Source: the human T2T-CHM13v2.0 reference genome, Homo sapiens. From it: DNA of 64,000 bases. Positions 13,940-26,339 of this stretch are shown here, in pieces (within the stretch, counting starts at the first letter, position 1; each line of letters begins with the position of its first letter). The position numbers and the translations under genes are program-made. The DNA lies in assembly GCF_009914755.1 (NCBI RefSeq), contig NC_060927.1. One strand, written 5' to 3'. Under the pieces are notes generated by a model that was given only the letters and a program-made list of their open reading frames with translations, had not been told where the DNA came from and did not search any database.

Positions 13940-14340
13940 CAGTTGTTCTCAAAGTGTGGTTCCCAAACCAGTAGCACAAGCATCTCCTAGAAACTTTTTA
14001 GAAATGCAGATTCTTAGGACACATCCCAGACATGCCAAATGAGAAATGTGGGGATTGGGGAATAGCAATCTGTGGGTTTTTTTTTTTTTTTTTTTTTTGA
14101 TGGAGTCTTGTTCTGTGGCCCAGGCTGGAGTGCAGTGGTGCCATCTCCAGTCTCTGCAACCTCCGCCTCCCGGATTCAAGCAATTCTCCCTGCCTCAGCC
14201 TCCCGAGTAGCTGGGATTACAGGTGCCCACCACCATGCCTGGCTAAATTTTGTATTTTTTAGTAGAGACAGGGTTTTGCCATGTTGCAAGCCCTCCAAGT
14301 GACTCTGATACACAGCAAAGGGTGAGAATTACTGGCTTAG
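13940..14340. mobile_element. MER5A-like hAT MITE interrupted by a 5'-truncated AluS (14077-14287, minus strand)
   Basis: cagttgttctcaaagtgtggt...agaaatgcagattctt...caatctgtg, then the Alu, then caagccctccaagtgactctgat...gagaattactg. Confidence 0.75.
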
Positions 14341-14832
14341 TGATTGGAGATGAGATCTTGAGACACAGAACCAGAGTTCAACGACCAATTCTGCCATTTG
14401 TCCTGAAGCAAAGTTCCTTAGCTTTGTGGAAAATCAATCTCCTCATTTTATAAAGGGTGACAGAGAGGTGAGGTTTATGTAAGACACTGTATATATTACT
14501 CAGAAATGGTAAGTCTCTCTAAATATTAGCTATTGTTAATTGCTAAAAAGTTAGCTTATTACAGAAAATTTGCTCTGTAATAACCAATGCACATCAAATG
14601 ATTCAAATCTAATATGTGAATATAATCTAACAGAAAATCTGTTTTGGTCTCCACAGATGCCAGTTGAGAACTTGCTCAGATCAGCTTTTCTTCTGTAGTT
14701 TTCTGTGGAGCACTAAGCACATGATTTTAAATATCATTGGCAAAGCAATGTCTTCATTCCTCGCAAAATTTTTTATATTAGTCAAAAATTTGTTCAAGAT
14801 AAATATTTTTAAAAGATGCCACTTCATTTCCA

Positions 14833-14879
<47 letters not shown>

Positions 14880-14899
14880 CAGACAGAGAGAGAGACAGA
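14833..14899. repeat. (CA)n(GA)n microsatellite
   Basis: Directly visible. Confidence 0.95.
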
Positions 14900-15269
14900 A
14901 ATGAGAAGGTAAATGTTGCCTTTTTCTTATGGAAAGAATTTCAACCAAGAGACCTGTATGGGGGTAGACAGCAAAGCATCCCATTAGTGGGGCTTTCTAT
15001 GTTCTGTTCTTTCTTCTCTTTGATGCAGATACATTATTATTATGGATCTGAGTGATTTTCATAGGCAAATACACTGAAATATCATTCATGATCTTCTTTC
15101 ACAGAATTAGGCAAATTTAATAAGTATTCCAGAACTTTGTTTTACCATGTCCAGAACTAGGATAACATACACTACATGCTAATATATTTAAAACATGTAT
15201 AAAGAATATAATTGTATTACTTATATGAATACTAGCTATCTAGTTCCTATAGCCTAACACCATAAGGTG

Positions 15270-16190
15270 TATTTGTTGCTGGAATCCTTGGTCAGTGGTG
15301 CTGACACAGGGGATAGAATGGATGTCATCCATGCAAACATTCAGGGACCATGGCTAGTGCAGCCTCTGCCATCTTCCATACAGGGCTTCCATGATCACCC
15401 TTAAAATGCTGAAATCCAGCTAATGGAATGGACAAAAGAAAAAGAAGAGTAGGCAAATTCTCTTCCTAACTACTATAACCAGAAGTAACAAATATCATTT
15501 CTGTTTATACTTCATTGGTGAGAACTGGTCAAGCAGTCCACCAGGTTCAAGGGAGATGGGAAATGCAGTCTCTGGCTGGATACTGGGTCAGTATTCACAT
15601 GGTGTGTTTCCAAATTATCACAGGCAAAAATTTTACCAGATAGCTCCACAACTAAATAAGATTTCCTGCCTTCTAACCTGCTATTTCTTTGTTTTTGTTC
15701 TTGTTATGGCTCTCCAACTTCAAATTATGCCACATATTTTGCATTGTGTATAGAAGCCCCTATTGAAAATACCAAATTACCATCCACTACTGTCACCAAA
15801 ACAGCCCCCAAAATAGCAATGAAAATATAACTTTCTCAGATTAAAGTCCAATGCAGGTATGACTGATTCGTTTTAGCCAAAGCTGCATAGGGGCTTTGTG
15901 ACACACAAAACTAGTAAAATTCTGTCATCTTCTAACTATGGCTTACAGGGTCACCTTGAGCACTGGCATCAAGCTGGTACCAGAGAAGGGAACAATTAGG
16001 GAGGCACACTTGTTTCTTAATCATTTGGGCTCACAAGTGATACATTCATCTCTACTACATTCCATTGATGAGAACCAATTATAAAGTTCCACTTGCGTAA
16101 AGGCAAGTGTAGATGAATATAATTTCCTGGTGAGCCCACCACTGCCCAGCAACAGCTCTACATTGCAAAACGGCAGCCAAAAAGCTTTAC
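15270..16190 (-). mobile_element. Degenerate MLT1 (MaLR) LTR fragments
   Basis: Two segments with MLT1-like motifs (cattcagggacc, agaagt..ca..tcatttct, ttcattggtgagaact). Boundaries are approximate. Confidence 0.45.
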
Positions 16191-16275
16191 TAGATATAGA
16201 TCTCTGACACAAAAGTAAAATTGTATATACATATATATGTGTGTGTGTGTGTGTGCGTATACATATACACATACA

Positions 16276-16728
16276 TGTCAGGCCTCTGAGCCCAAGCTAA
16301 GCCATCGTATCCCCTGTGACCTGCATGTACATATGTCCAGATGGCCTGAAGCAAGTGAAGATCACAAAAGGAGTGAAAATGGCCAGTTCCTGCCTTAACT
16401 GATAACATTCCACCACAAAAGAAGTGAAAATGGCTGGTTCCCTACCTTAACTGATGACATTACCTTGTGAAATTCCTTCTCCTGGCTCATCCTGGCTCAA
16501 AAGCTCCCCCGCTGAGCACCTTGTGATCCCCACCCCTGCCAGCCAGAGAATAACCCCCTTTGACTGTAATTTTCCACTACCTACACAAATCTTACAAAAC
16601 GGCCCCACCCATATCTCCCTTTGCTGACTCTGTTTTCGGACTTAGCCTGCCTGCACCCAGGAGATTAAAAAGCTTTATTGCTCACACAAAGCCTGTTTGG
16701 TGGTCTCTTCACATGGATGTGAGTGAAA
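16276..16728 (+). promoter_or_regulatory. 5' LTR7 of provirus A (453 bp)
   Basis: tgtcaggcctctgagcccaagc...gagtgaaa. Two copies of the roughly 50-bp U3 repeat, TATA position reads TACAAAA (16593), ATTAAA at 16664. Confidence 0.95.
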
Positions 16729-16730
16729 TT

Positions 16731-16748
16731 TGGTGCCGTGACTTGGAT
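16731..16748 (+). other. Primer-binding site complementary to tRNA-His
   Basis: tggtgccgtgacttggat immediately after the LTR (HERV-H consensus TGGTGCCGTGACTCGGAT). Confidence 0.93.
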
Positions 16749-17337
16749 CGGGGGACCTCCCTTAGGAGATCAATCCCCTGTCCTCCTGCTCTTTGCTCCG
16801 TGAGAAAGATCCACCTATGACCTCAGGTCCTCAGACCAACCAGCTCAGGGAACATCTCACCAATTTTAAATTGGGTAAGTGGCCTCTTTTTACTCTCTTC
16901 TCCAACCTCTCTCATTATCCCTCAACCTCTTTCTCCTTTCAATCTTGGCGCCATCCTTCAATCTCTCCCTTCTCTTAATTTTAGTTCCTTTCCTTTTGCG
17001 GTAGCATCAGAGGAGACACGTTTTATCCGTGAACCCAAAACTCTGGCACCGGTCACGGACTCGGGAAGACAGTCTTCCCTTGATGTTTAATCACTGTGGG
17101 GACACCTGCTTGATTATTCACCCACATTTCAGAGGTGTCTGATCACCACAGGGATGCCTGCCTTGGTCCTTTACCCTTAGTGGCAAGCACCACTTTTTTG
17201 GGGGGCAATCACCCCCTGCCCCTTCTCTCCGTGTCTCTACCCTCTCTTTTCTCCTCACTTTCCTGGGGGGCAAGAATCCCCCACCCCTTCTCTCCATGTC
17301 TCTACCCTCTCTTTTCTCAGGGCTTGCCTCCTTCACT

Positions 17338-18954
17338 ATGGGCAAACTTCCACCCTCTATTCCTCCCTCTTCTCCCTTAGCCTGTGTTCTCAAAAACTTA
17401 AAACCTCTTCAACTCACACCTGACCTAAAACCTAAATGCCTTATTTTCTTCTGCAATACCGCTTGGCCCCAATACAAACTTGACAATTGCTCTAAATGGA
17501 CAGAAAATGGCACTTTCAATTTCTCTATCTTAGAAGACCTAGCTAATTTTTGTTGAAAAATGGGCAAATGGTCTGAGGTGCCTTACATCTAGGCATTTTT
17601 CACACTTTGTTCCCTCCCTAGTCCGTGTTCCCAATGTGATTCCTCCCAAATCCTCCTTCTTTCCCTCCCACCTGTCGCCTCAGTCCCAACCCCAAGTGTA
17701 GCTGAGTCTTTCCAATCTTCGTTTTCTACAGACCCATCTGACCTCTCCCCTCCTCCCCAGGCTGCTCATCGCCAGGCCGAGCCAAGTCCCAATTCTTCCT
17801 CAGTCTCCTCTCCTCCACCCTATACTCCTTCTATCACCTCCCCTCCTCACACCCAGTCCAGCTTACAGTTTGGTTCTGTGACTAGCTGTTCCCCACCTGC
17901 CCAAAAATTTCCTTTTAGAGAGATGGCTGGAACTGAAGGCATAGTCAGGATACATGTGCCTTTTTCTCTATCAGACCTCTCTCAGATCAGTTGGAGTTTA
18001 GGCTCTTTCTCATCAGGCCCCACTAAATATATACAGGAATTCCAACATCTAACTCTGTCCTACAATTTAACCTGGAGTGACTTAAATGTCATCCTAACTT
18101 CTACCCTCTCCCCAGATGAATGGGAAAGAGGTTTTTCTCTGGCCCAATCTCACACTGACAACTGCCAGCTCCATGAGCCAGACCTCCAGGAAGGCATTAG
18201 AGCAGTTCCCCAAGAGGATCCCCAATGGAACTATTAGGCAGATTCCCCAGGTATAGCTAGGCGAGATTACATGATTTCCTGCCTAGTTGAAAGGCTTTAA
18301 AAGGCAGCTTACAAAGCTGTTAATTATGACAAGCTTAAAGAAACTACCCAAGGTAAAGACGAAAACCCAGCCCAGTTCATGGCTCATTTGGCAGCAACCC
18401 TGAGATGCTTTACAGCCCTAGACCCTGAAGTGTCAGAAGGCTGTCTCATTCTAAATATGAATTTTATCACCCAGTCATCTCCTGACATTAGAAAAAAGCT
18501 TCAAAAATTAGAATCCAGCCCTCAAACCCCACAACAGGAATTAATCAACCTCACCTTCAAGGTGTACAATAATAGAGAGGAGGCAGCCAGACAGCAACGC
18601 ATTTCTGAGTTACAATTATTTGCCTCTGCTGTGAGAAAAAACCCAGCCACACCTCCAGCACACAAGAACTTCAAAATGCCTAAGCTGCACATGCCTAAGC
18701 TGCAGCAGTCAAGCATTCCTACAGGACTTCCTCCATCAGGATCTTGCTTCAAGTGTCAGAAATCTGGCCACTGGGTCAAGGAATGCCTGCAGCCCAGGAT
18801 TCCTCCCAAGCTGTGTCCCATCTGTGCAGGGACCCACTCGAAATCAGACTGCCTAGCTCACCCAGCAGCCACTCCTAGAGCCCCTAAAACTCTAGCCCAA
18901 GGCTTTCTGACTGACTCCTTCCCAGATCTGCTTGGCTTAGTGGCTGAAGACTGA
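17338..18954 (+). pseudogene. gag: HERV-H gag (provirus A), interrupted by stop codons
   Basis: Starts MGKLPPSIPPSSPLACVLKNL. Capsid region, two CCHC knuckles (CFKCQKSGHWVKEC, CPICAGTHSKSDC), ends LVAED*. All fragments are in one frame. Confidence 0.9.
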
Positions 18955-21900
18955 CGCTGTCCAATCATCTTGGAAGCCCCCTGGACCATCACGGATGCCA
19001 GGCTTTGGGTAACTCTCACAGTGGAGGGTAAGTCCATCCCCTGTTTAATTGCTATGGGGGCTACCCACTCCACATTACCTTCTTTGCAAAGGCCTGTTTC
19101 ACTTGCCCCCATAACTGTTGTGGGTATCGATGGCCAAGCTTCAAAATCCCTTAAAACTCCCCCACTCTAGTGCCATCTTGGACAACATTCTTTTATGCAA
19201 TCTTTTTTAGTTATCCCCACCTGCCCAGCTCCCTTATTAGGCCAAGATATTTTAACCAAATTATCTGATTCACTGACTATTCCTGGACTACAGCCACATC
19301 TCATTGTCACCCTTCTTCCCAACCCAAAGTCTCCTTTGCGTCTTCCTCTCATATCCCCCCACCTTAACCCACAAGTATGGGACAGCTCTACTCCCTCCCT
19401 GGCAACTGATCACATGCCCATTACTATCCCATTAAAACCTAATCACCGTTACCCCACTCAACACCAATATCCCATCCACAGCACACTTTAAAAGGATTAA
19501 AGCCTGTTATCACTTGCCTGCTACAGCATGGGCTTCTAAAACCTATAAACTCTCCTTTCAACTCCATTTTACCTGTCCAAAAACCGGACAAGTCTTATAG
19601 GTTAGTTCAGGATCTGCGCCTTATCAACCAAATTGTTTTGCCTGTCCACCCTGTAGTGCCCAACCCGTATACTCTTTTGTCCTCAATGCCTTCCTCCACA
19701 ACTCACTATTCCATTCTTGATCTTAAAGATGCTTTTTTCACTATTCCCCTGCACCCCTCATCCCAGCCGCTCTTTGCTTTTACCTGGACTGATCCTGACA
19801 CCCACCAGTCCCAGCAGCTTACCTGGGCTGTGCTGCCGCAAGGCTTCAGGGACAGCTCTCATTACCTCAGCCAAGCTCTTTCTCATGATTTACTTTCTTT
19901 CCACCCCTCTGCTTCTCACCTTATTCAATATATTGATGACCTTCTACTTTGTAGCCCCTCCTTTCAATCTTCCCAACAAGACGCCCTCCTGCTCCTTCAA
20001 TATTTATTCTCCAAAGCATATCGGTTATCCCCCTCTGAAGCTCAAATTTCTTCTCCATCCATTACTTACCTTGGCATAATTCTTCATAAAAACACACTGC
20101 TCTCCCTGCCAATCATGTCCTACTGATCTCTCAAACCCCAGCACCTTCTACAAAACAACAACTCCTTTCCTTACTAGGCATGGTTGGATACTTTCGCCTT
20201 TGGATAGCTGGTTTTGCCATCCTAACAAAACCATTATATAAACTCACAAAAGGAAACCTAGCTGACCCCATAGATCCTAAATCCTTTCCCCACTCCTCTT
20301 TTCCATTCCTTGAACACAGCTTTAGAGACTGCTGCCACACTAGCTCTCCCTGACTCATCCCAACCCTTTTCACTACACACAGCCAAAGTGCAGGACTGTG
20401 GAGTTGGAATTCTTACACAAGGACCAGGACCATGCCCTATAGCCTTTTTGTCCAAACAACTTGACCTTACTGTTTTAGACTGGCCATCATGTCTCCGTGC
20501 AGCAGCTGCTGCCACCCTAATACTTTTAGAGGCCCTCAAAATCACAAACTGTGCTCAACTCACTCTCCACAGCTCTCATAACTTCCAAAATCTATTTTCT
20601 TCCTCACACCTGATGCATATACTTTCTGCTCTGTGGCTCCTTCAGCTATATTCGCTCCTTGTTGAATCTCCCACAATTAGCATTGTTCCTGGCCTGGACT
20701 TCAATCTGGCCTTCCACATTATTCTGGATGCCACACCTGACCCCCATGACTGTATCTGTCTGATCCACCTGACATTCACCCCATTTCCCCATATTTCCTT
20801 CTTTCCTGTTCCTCACCCTGATCACATTTGGTTTATTGATGGCAGCTCCACCAGGCCTAATTGCCACTCACCAGCAAAGGCAGGCTATGCTATAGTGTCT
20901 TCCACATCTATCATTGAGGCTACCGCTCTGCCCCCCTCCACTACCTCTCAGCAAGCCAAACTCATTGCCTTAACTCAGCCCCTTACTCTTGCAAAGGGAC
21001 TACACATCAATATTTATACTGACTCTAAACACGCCTTCCATATCCTGCACCACCATGCTGTTATATGGGCAGAAAGAGGTTTCCTCACTACACAATGGTC
21101 CTCCATCATTAATGCCTCTTTAATAAAAACTCATCTCAAAGCCGTTTTACTCCCAAAGGAAGCTGGAGTCATTCACTGCAAGGGCCATCAAAAGGCATCA
21201 GATCCCATTGCTCTAGGCAATGCTTATGCTGGTAAGGTAGCTAGCTAAAGAAGCAGCTAGCGTTTCAACTTCTATCCCTTATGGCCAGTTTTTCTCCTTC
21301 TCATCAATCACTCCCACCTACTCCCCCACTGAAACTTCCACCTATCATTCTCTTCCCACAAAAGGCAAATGGTTCTTGGATCAAGGAAAATATCTCCTTC
21401 CAGCCTCACAGGCCCATTCTATTCTTTCATCATTTCATAACCTTTTCCATGTAGGTTACAAGCTGCTAGCCTGTCTCTTAGAACCTCTCACTTCCTTTCC
21501 ATCATGGAAATCTATACTCAAGGAAATCACTTCTCAGTGTTCCATCTGCTATTCTACTACCCCTCAGGGATTGTTCAGGCCCCCTCCCATCCGTACACAT
21601 CAAGCTCAGAGATTTGCCCCTGCCCAGGACTGGCAAATTGACTTTACTCACATGCCCCAAGTCAGGAAACTAAAATACCTCTTGGTCTTGGTAGACACCT
21701 TCACTGGATGGGTAGAGGTCTTTCCCACAGGGTCACCATGGTCATTTCTTCCCTTCTGTCAGGCATAATTCCTTGGTTTGGCCTTCCCACCTCTATACAG
21801 TCTGATAATGGACGGGCCTTTACTAGTCAAATCACCCAAGCAGTTTCTCAGACTCTTGGTATTCAGTGGAATCTTCATATCCCTTACTGTCCTCAATCTT

Positions 21901-22463
21901 CAGGAAAGGTAGAGTGGACTAATGGTCTTTTAAAGACACACCTCACCATGCTCAGCCTCCAACTTAAAAAGGGCTGGACAGTACTTTTACCTCTTGCCCT
22001 TCTCAGAATTAGAGCTTGTCCTCAAGGTGCTACAGGGTGCAGTCCATTTGAACTTTTATATGGATGCACTTTCTTGCTCGGTCCCAACCAGGTCCCAGAC
22101 ACCAGCCCTCTAGGAGACTATCTTCCAGTCCTCCAGCAGGCTAGACAGGAAATTCACCAGGCTGCTAATCTTCTCTTACCTACTCCAGATTCTCAGCCAT
22201 ATGAAGACACTCTAGCTGGATGATCAGTTCTTGTTAAGAATCTGACCCCTCAAACTCTACAACCTTGATGGAACGGACCCTACTTAGTCATCTATAGTAC
22301 CCCAACTGCCTTCCACCTGCAGGATCCTCCCCACTGGGTTCGCCATTCCAGAATAAAGCTGTGTCCATTGGACAGCCAGCCTAATTTCTCTTCTTCCTCC
22401 TGGAAATCACAAGTACTCTCTCCTACTTCCCTTAAACTCACTCGCATTTCTGAAGAAGAGTAA
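18955..22463 (+). pseudogene. pol: HERV-H pro-pol (provirus A), with stops and frameshifts
   Basis: Protease site decayed to LIAMGAT. RT motifs LDLKDAFF, LPQGF and YIDD (19929-19940), RNase H WFIDGSS and YTDSK, integrase WQIDFTH, SDNG and GKVE. Confidence 0.92.
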
Positions 22464-22753
22464 TAACACTTATGAGCCTAATACATCCCTTCATTCTATT
22501 AGGTCTGTTTGTCCTTACCCTACTTTTTGCAAAGGGCTTTATCCAGTCACCCCCACTACTTGGACTGAGCCCCAAAATCTAGTCATCCCTACTGTCTCTG
22601 TCTAGTCATACTCCTATTCACCATTCTCAACTATTCATAAATGCCTACTCTTGTTTACACTGCCAGTTTATGCTGTTTCTCCAAGCCATCACAGCTGATA
22701 TCTCCTGGTGCTGTCCCCAACAACCACTCTTAACTCCCTCTTAGAGTAGATAG

Positions 22754-24499
22754 ATGATCTTTGCTGGCAGGGCACCCTCCAATACTTTCACCTTGATAAA
22801 GTTCTATTCTTTACTTTTATACTCACTCTTATTCTCATTCTCACGCCACCCTCTACCTCTCCCCAGCTATCTCTACCACACTATCAACCTTACTCACTCT
22901 CTCCTAGCCGTTTCTAATCCCTCCTTAGTGAACAATTGCTGGCTTTGCCTTTCCCTTTCTTCCAGCATCTACACAGCTGTCCCTGCCTTACATACAGACT
23001 GGGCAATATCTCCTGTCTCCTTATACCTCTGAACTTCCTTTAACAGCCCTCACCTTTACCCTCCTGAAGAACTCATTTACTTTCTAGACAGGTCCAGCAA
23101 GACATCCCCAGACATTTCACATCAGCAAGCTGCAGCCCTCCTCTGCACTTACTTAAAAAACCTTTCTCCTTATATCAACTCTACTCCCCCCATATTTGGA
23201 CCTCTCACAACACAAACTACTATTCCTGTGGCCGCTCCTTTATGTATCTCTCAGCAAAGGCCCACTGGAATTCCCCTGGGTAACCTTTCACCTTCTTGAT
23301 GTTCCTTCCCTCTTCATCTCCAAAGCCCAACTACACACATCACTGAAACAATTGGAGCCTTCCAGCTCTGTACAGAAAAGCCCTCTATCAATACTGGCAA
23401 ACTTAAAAACAATAGCAGTAATTATTCCTTAGGAAGACACTTACCCTGTATTTCACTCCATCCTTGGCTACCTTCCCCTTGCTCATCAGACTCTCCTCCC
23501 AGGCCCGCTTCTTGTTTACTTATATCCAGCCCCATAAATAACAGTGAAAGATTGCTCATAGACACTCAGCGTTTTCTCACACACCATGAAAATCGAACCT
23601 CACCCTCTATGCAGTTACCCCATCAGTCCCCGTTACAACCTCTGATGGCTGCCGCCCTAGCTGCATCCCTAAGAGTCTGGGTACAAGACGCCCCTTTCAG
23701 CACTCCTTCTCATCTTTTTACTTTGCATTTCCAGTTTTGCCTTGCACAGGTCTCTTCTTCCTTTGTGGATCCTCTACCTACATGTGTCTACCTGCTAATT
23801 GGACAGGCACATGCACACTAGTTTTCCATAATCCCCAAATTCAATTTGAAAATGGGACTGAAGAGCTCCCTGTTCCCCTCATGGACACCGACATGACAAA
23901 AAATGGTTATTCCACTAATTCCCTTGCTTGTCGGTTTGGACTTTCTGCCTCCACTATTGCTCTCTGTACTGGAATAGCAGGCATTTCAACCTCTGTCATG
24001 ACCTTCCGTAGCCTCTCTAATGACTTCTCTGTTAGCAGCACAGACATATCACAAACTTTTCTCAGTCCTCCAGGCCCAAGTTGACTCTTTAGCTGCAGTT
24101 GTCCTCCAAAACTGCCGAGGCCTTGACTTACTCACTGCTGAAAAAGAAGGACGCTGTGTATTTTTTAATGGAGAGTGTTGTTTTTACCTACATAAATCTG
24201 GCCAGGTGTATGACAACATAAAAAAACTCAAGGATAGAGCCCAAAAACTCACCAACCAAGCAAGTAATTACGCTGAACCCCCTTGGGAACTCTCTAATTG
24301 GATGTCTTGGGTCCTCCCAATTCTCAGTCCTTTAATACCTATTTTTCTCCTTCTATTATTCGGACCTTGTATCTTCTGTTTAGTTTCTCAATTCATCCAA
24401 AACCATATCCAGGCCATCACAAATCATTCTATATGACAAATCCTCCTTCAAACAACCCCACAATATCACACCTTACAAAAAAATCCTCCTTCAACTTGA
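22754..24499 (+). pseudogene. env: HERV-H env (provirus A), full-length but disrupted
   Basis: Signal peptide MIFAGRAPSNTFTLIKFYSLLLYSLL, CWLC at 22937-22948, immunosuppressive domain LQNCRGLDLLTAEKEG with CX6CC, and a transmembrane helix. First stop at 23030. Confidence 0.9.
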
Positions 24500-24666
24500 C
24501 CACTCCCACTGTAGGTTCCCAGGCTGCTCCTAATCCCGCTTGAAGCAGCCCTGAGACACATCGTCCATTATCTCTCCATACCACCCCCCAAAAAAATTTT
24601 TTTCGCTGCCCTAACACTTCAATACTATTTTATGTTATTTTTCTTATTAATATAAGAAGTCAGGAA

Positions 24667-25065
24667 TGCAGGCCTCTGAGCCCAAGCTAAGCCATCGTAT
24701 CCCCTGTGACCTGCACATATATGTCCAGATGCCCCAAAGCAAGTGAAGAATCACAAAAGAAGTGAAAATGGCCGGTACCTGCCTTAACTGATGACATTAA
24801 CTTGTGAAATTCCTTCTCCTGGCTCTTCCTGGCTCAAAAAGTCCCCTTCTGAGCACCTTGTGACCCCCACACCTGCCAGCCAGAGAACAACCCCTTTTGA
24901 CTGTAATGTTCCACTACCTACCCAAATCTTAAAAAATGGCCCCACCCCTATCTCCCTTCACTGACTCTCTTTTCAGACTCAGCCTGCCTGCACCCAGGAG
25001 ATTAAAAAGGTTTATTGCTCACACAAAGCCTGTTTGGTGGTCTGTACACATGGACATGAGTAAAA
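24667..25065 (+). promoter_or_regulatory. 3' LTR7 of provirus A (399 bp)
   Basis: Follows a polypurine tract (aagaagtcaggaa). Only one U3 repeat unit, ATTAAA at 25001. Confidence 0.95.
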
Positions 25066-25168
25066 ATATACATAGGCTGTTTTTAAATAAATCTCAAACC
25101 TATAAAGAGACAACTATTAATAAAGAATGTAAAAGATCAAGATCTTTGTGAGAAATACATCTGGAATG

Positions 25169-25571
25169 TGTCAGGCCTCTGAGCCCAAGCTAAGCCATCA
25201 TATCCCCTGTGACCTGCACGTACACATCCAGATGGCCAGTTCCTGCCTTAACTGATGACATTCCACCATAAAACAAATGAAAATGGCCTGTTTCCTTCCT
25301 TAATTGATGGCATTATCTTGTGAAAGTCCTTCTCCTGGCTTACCCTGGCTCAAAAGCTCCCCTACTGAGCACCTTGTGACCCCCACTCCTGCCTGCCAGA
25401 GAACAACCCCCCTTTCCTTTACCTACCCAAATCCTATAGAACGGCCCCACCCCTATCTCCCTTCACTGACTCTCTTTTTGGACTCAGCCCACCTGCACCC
25501 AGGTGAAACAAACAGCTTTATTGCTCACACAAAGCCTGTTTAGGGGTCTCTTCACACTGAAGAGAGTGAAA
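25169..25571 (+). promoter_or_regulatory. 5' LTR7 of provirus B (403 bp)
   Basis: tgtcaggcc...gagtgaaa. TATAGAA at 25435; the poly(A) hexamer is mutated to AACAAA at 25507. Confidence 0.95.
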
Positions 25572-26120
25572 TTTGGTGCCGTGACTCAGATCGGGGGACC
25601 TCCCTTGGGAGATCAATCCCCTGTCCTCCTGCTCTTTGCTCCTTGAGAAATATCCACCTACGACCTCTGGTCCTCAGACCAACCAGCCCAAGGAACATCT
25701 TGCCAATTTTAAATCCAGTAAGCAGCCTCTTTTTACTCTCTTCTCCAACCTCTCTCACTATCCCTCAACCTCTTTCTCCTTTCAATCTTGGTGCCACACT
25801 TCAATCTCTCCCTTCTCTTAATTTCAATCCCTTTCATTTTCTGGTAGAGACAAAGGAGACACGTTTTATCCCTGGACCCAAAGCTCCGGTGCTGGTCACG
25901 GACTAGGGAAGGCAGCCTTCCCTTGGTGTTTAATCATTGTGGGACACCTCTCTGATTATTCACCCAGGTTTCAGAGGTGTCAGACCATGCAAGGATGCTT
26001 GCCTTTGTCCTTCACCCTTTGTGGCAAGTCCTGCTTTTCTGGAGGAGGGGCAAGAACCTCTCAACCCCTTCTCCTTCACCCTTAGCGGCAAGTACCGCTT
26101 TTCTGGGGGAGAGGCAGGAA

Positions 26121-26256
26121 CCCCAACCTCTTATCTCTGTGCCCCGATCCCTTATTTCTGTGCCCCAACCTCTTATCTCTGCAACCTAATCCCTTATTTC
26201 TGTGTCCCAACCTCTTATCTCTGCACCCCAACCCCTTATTTCCATGCCCCAACCCC
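26121..26256 (+). repeat. Pre-gag tandem repeat of about 21 bp x 6 (cccaacc(t/c)cttat(c/t)tctg(t/c)(g/a))
   Basis: Repeated units visible by eye and reflected in the repetitive ORF peptides PTSYLC/PIPYFC. Absent from provirus A. Confidence 0.85.
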
Positions 26257-26339
26257 TTCTCTTCTTTTCTGGAGGGCAATAACCCCCCATCCCTTCTCTG
26301 TGTCTCTACTCTCTTTTCTCTGGGCTTGCCTCCTTCACT

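Larger units (their letters stand above)
16276..25065 (+). mobile_element. HERV-H provirus A, full length (LTR-gag-pro-pol-env-LTR, 8790 bp), coding-defective
   Basis: LTR7-type LTRs, tRNA-His primer-binding site (PBS) and gag/pro/pol/env homology in the ORF track. Flanks ATACA (16271-16275) and ATATA (25066-25070) match at 4 of 5 positions as a TSD. Confidence 0.97.

Noticed and set aside
13343-14453. ORFs of 60-128 aa overlapping Alus (also at 37.0, 42.4, 52.1, 52.8 and 57.8 kb)
   Set aside because: Typical Alu-derived translations ([14 protein letters not shown]), not genes.
20310-21248. 312-aa ORF (and the 256-aa ORF at 28769) as functional genes
   Set aside because: They are internal pol fragments with non-ATG starts, bounded by frameshifts. 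The protease active site is decayed in both proviruses.
22754-24499. An open-env HERV-H locus or syncytin-like gene
   Set aside because: Stop at 23030, further stops and frameshifts, and a lost furin site.
25066-25168. Tandem duplication or shared-LTR dimer as the origin of the HERV-H pair
   Set aside because: Separate TSDs, a unique spacer, and different LTR structures and internal deletions.
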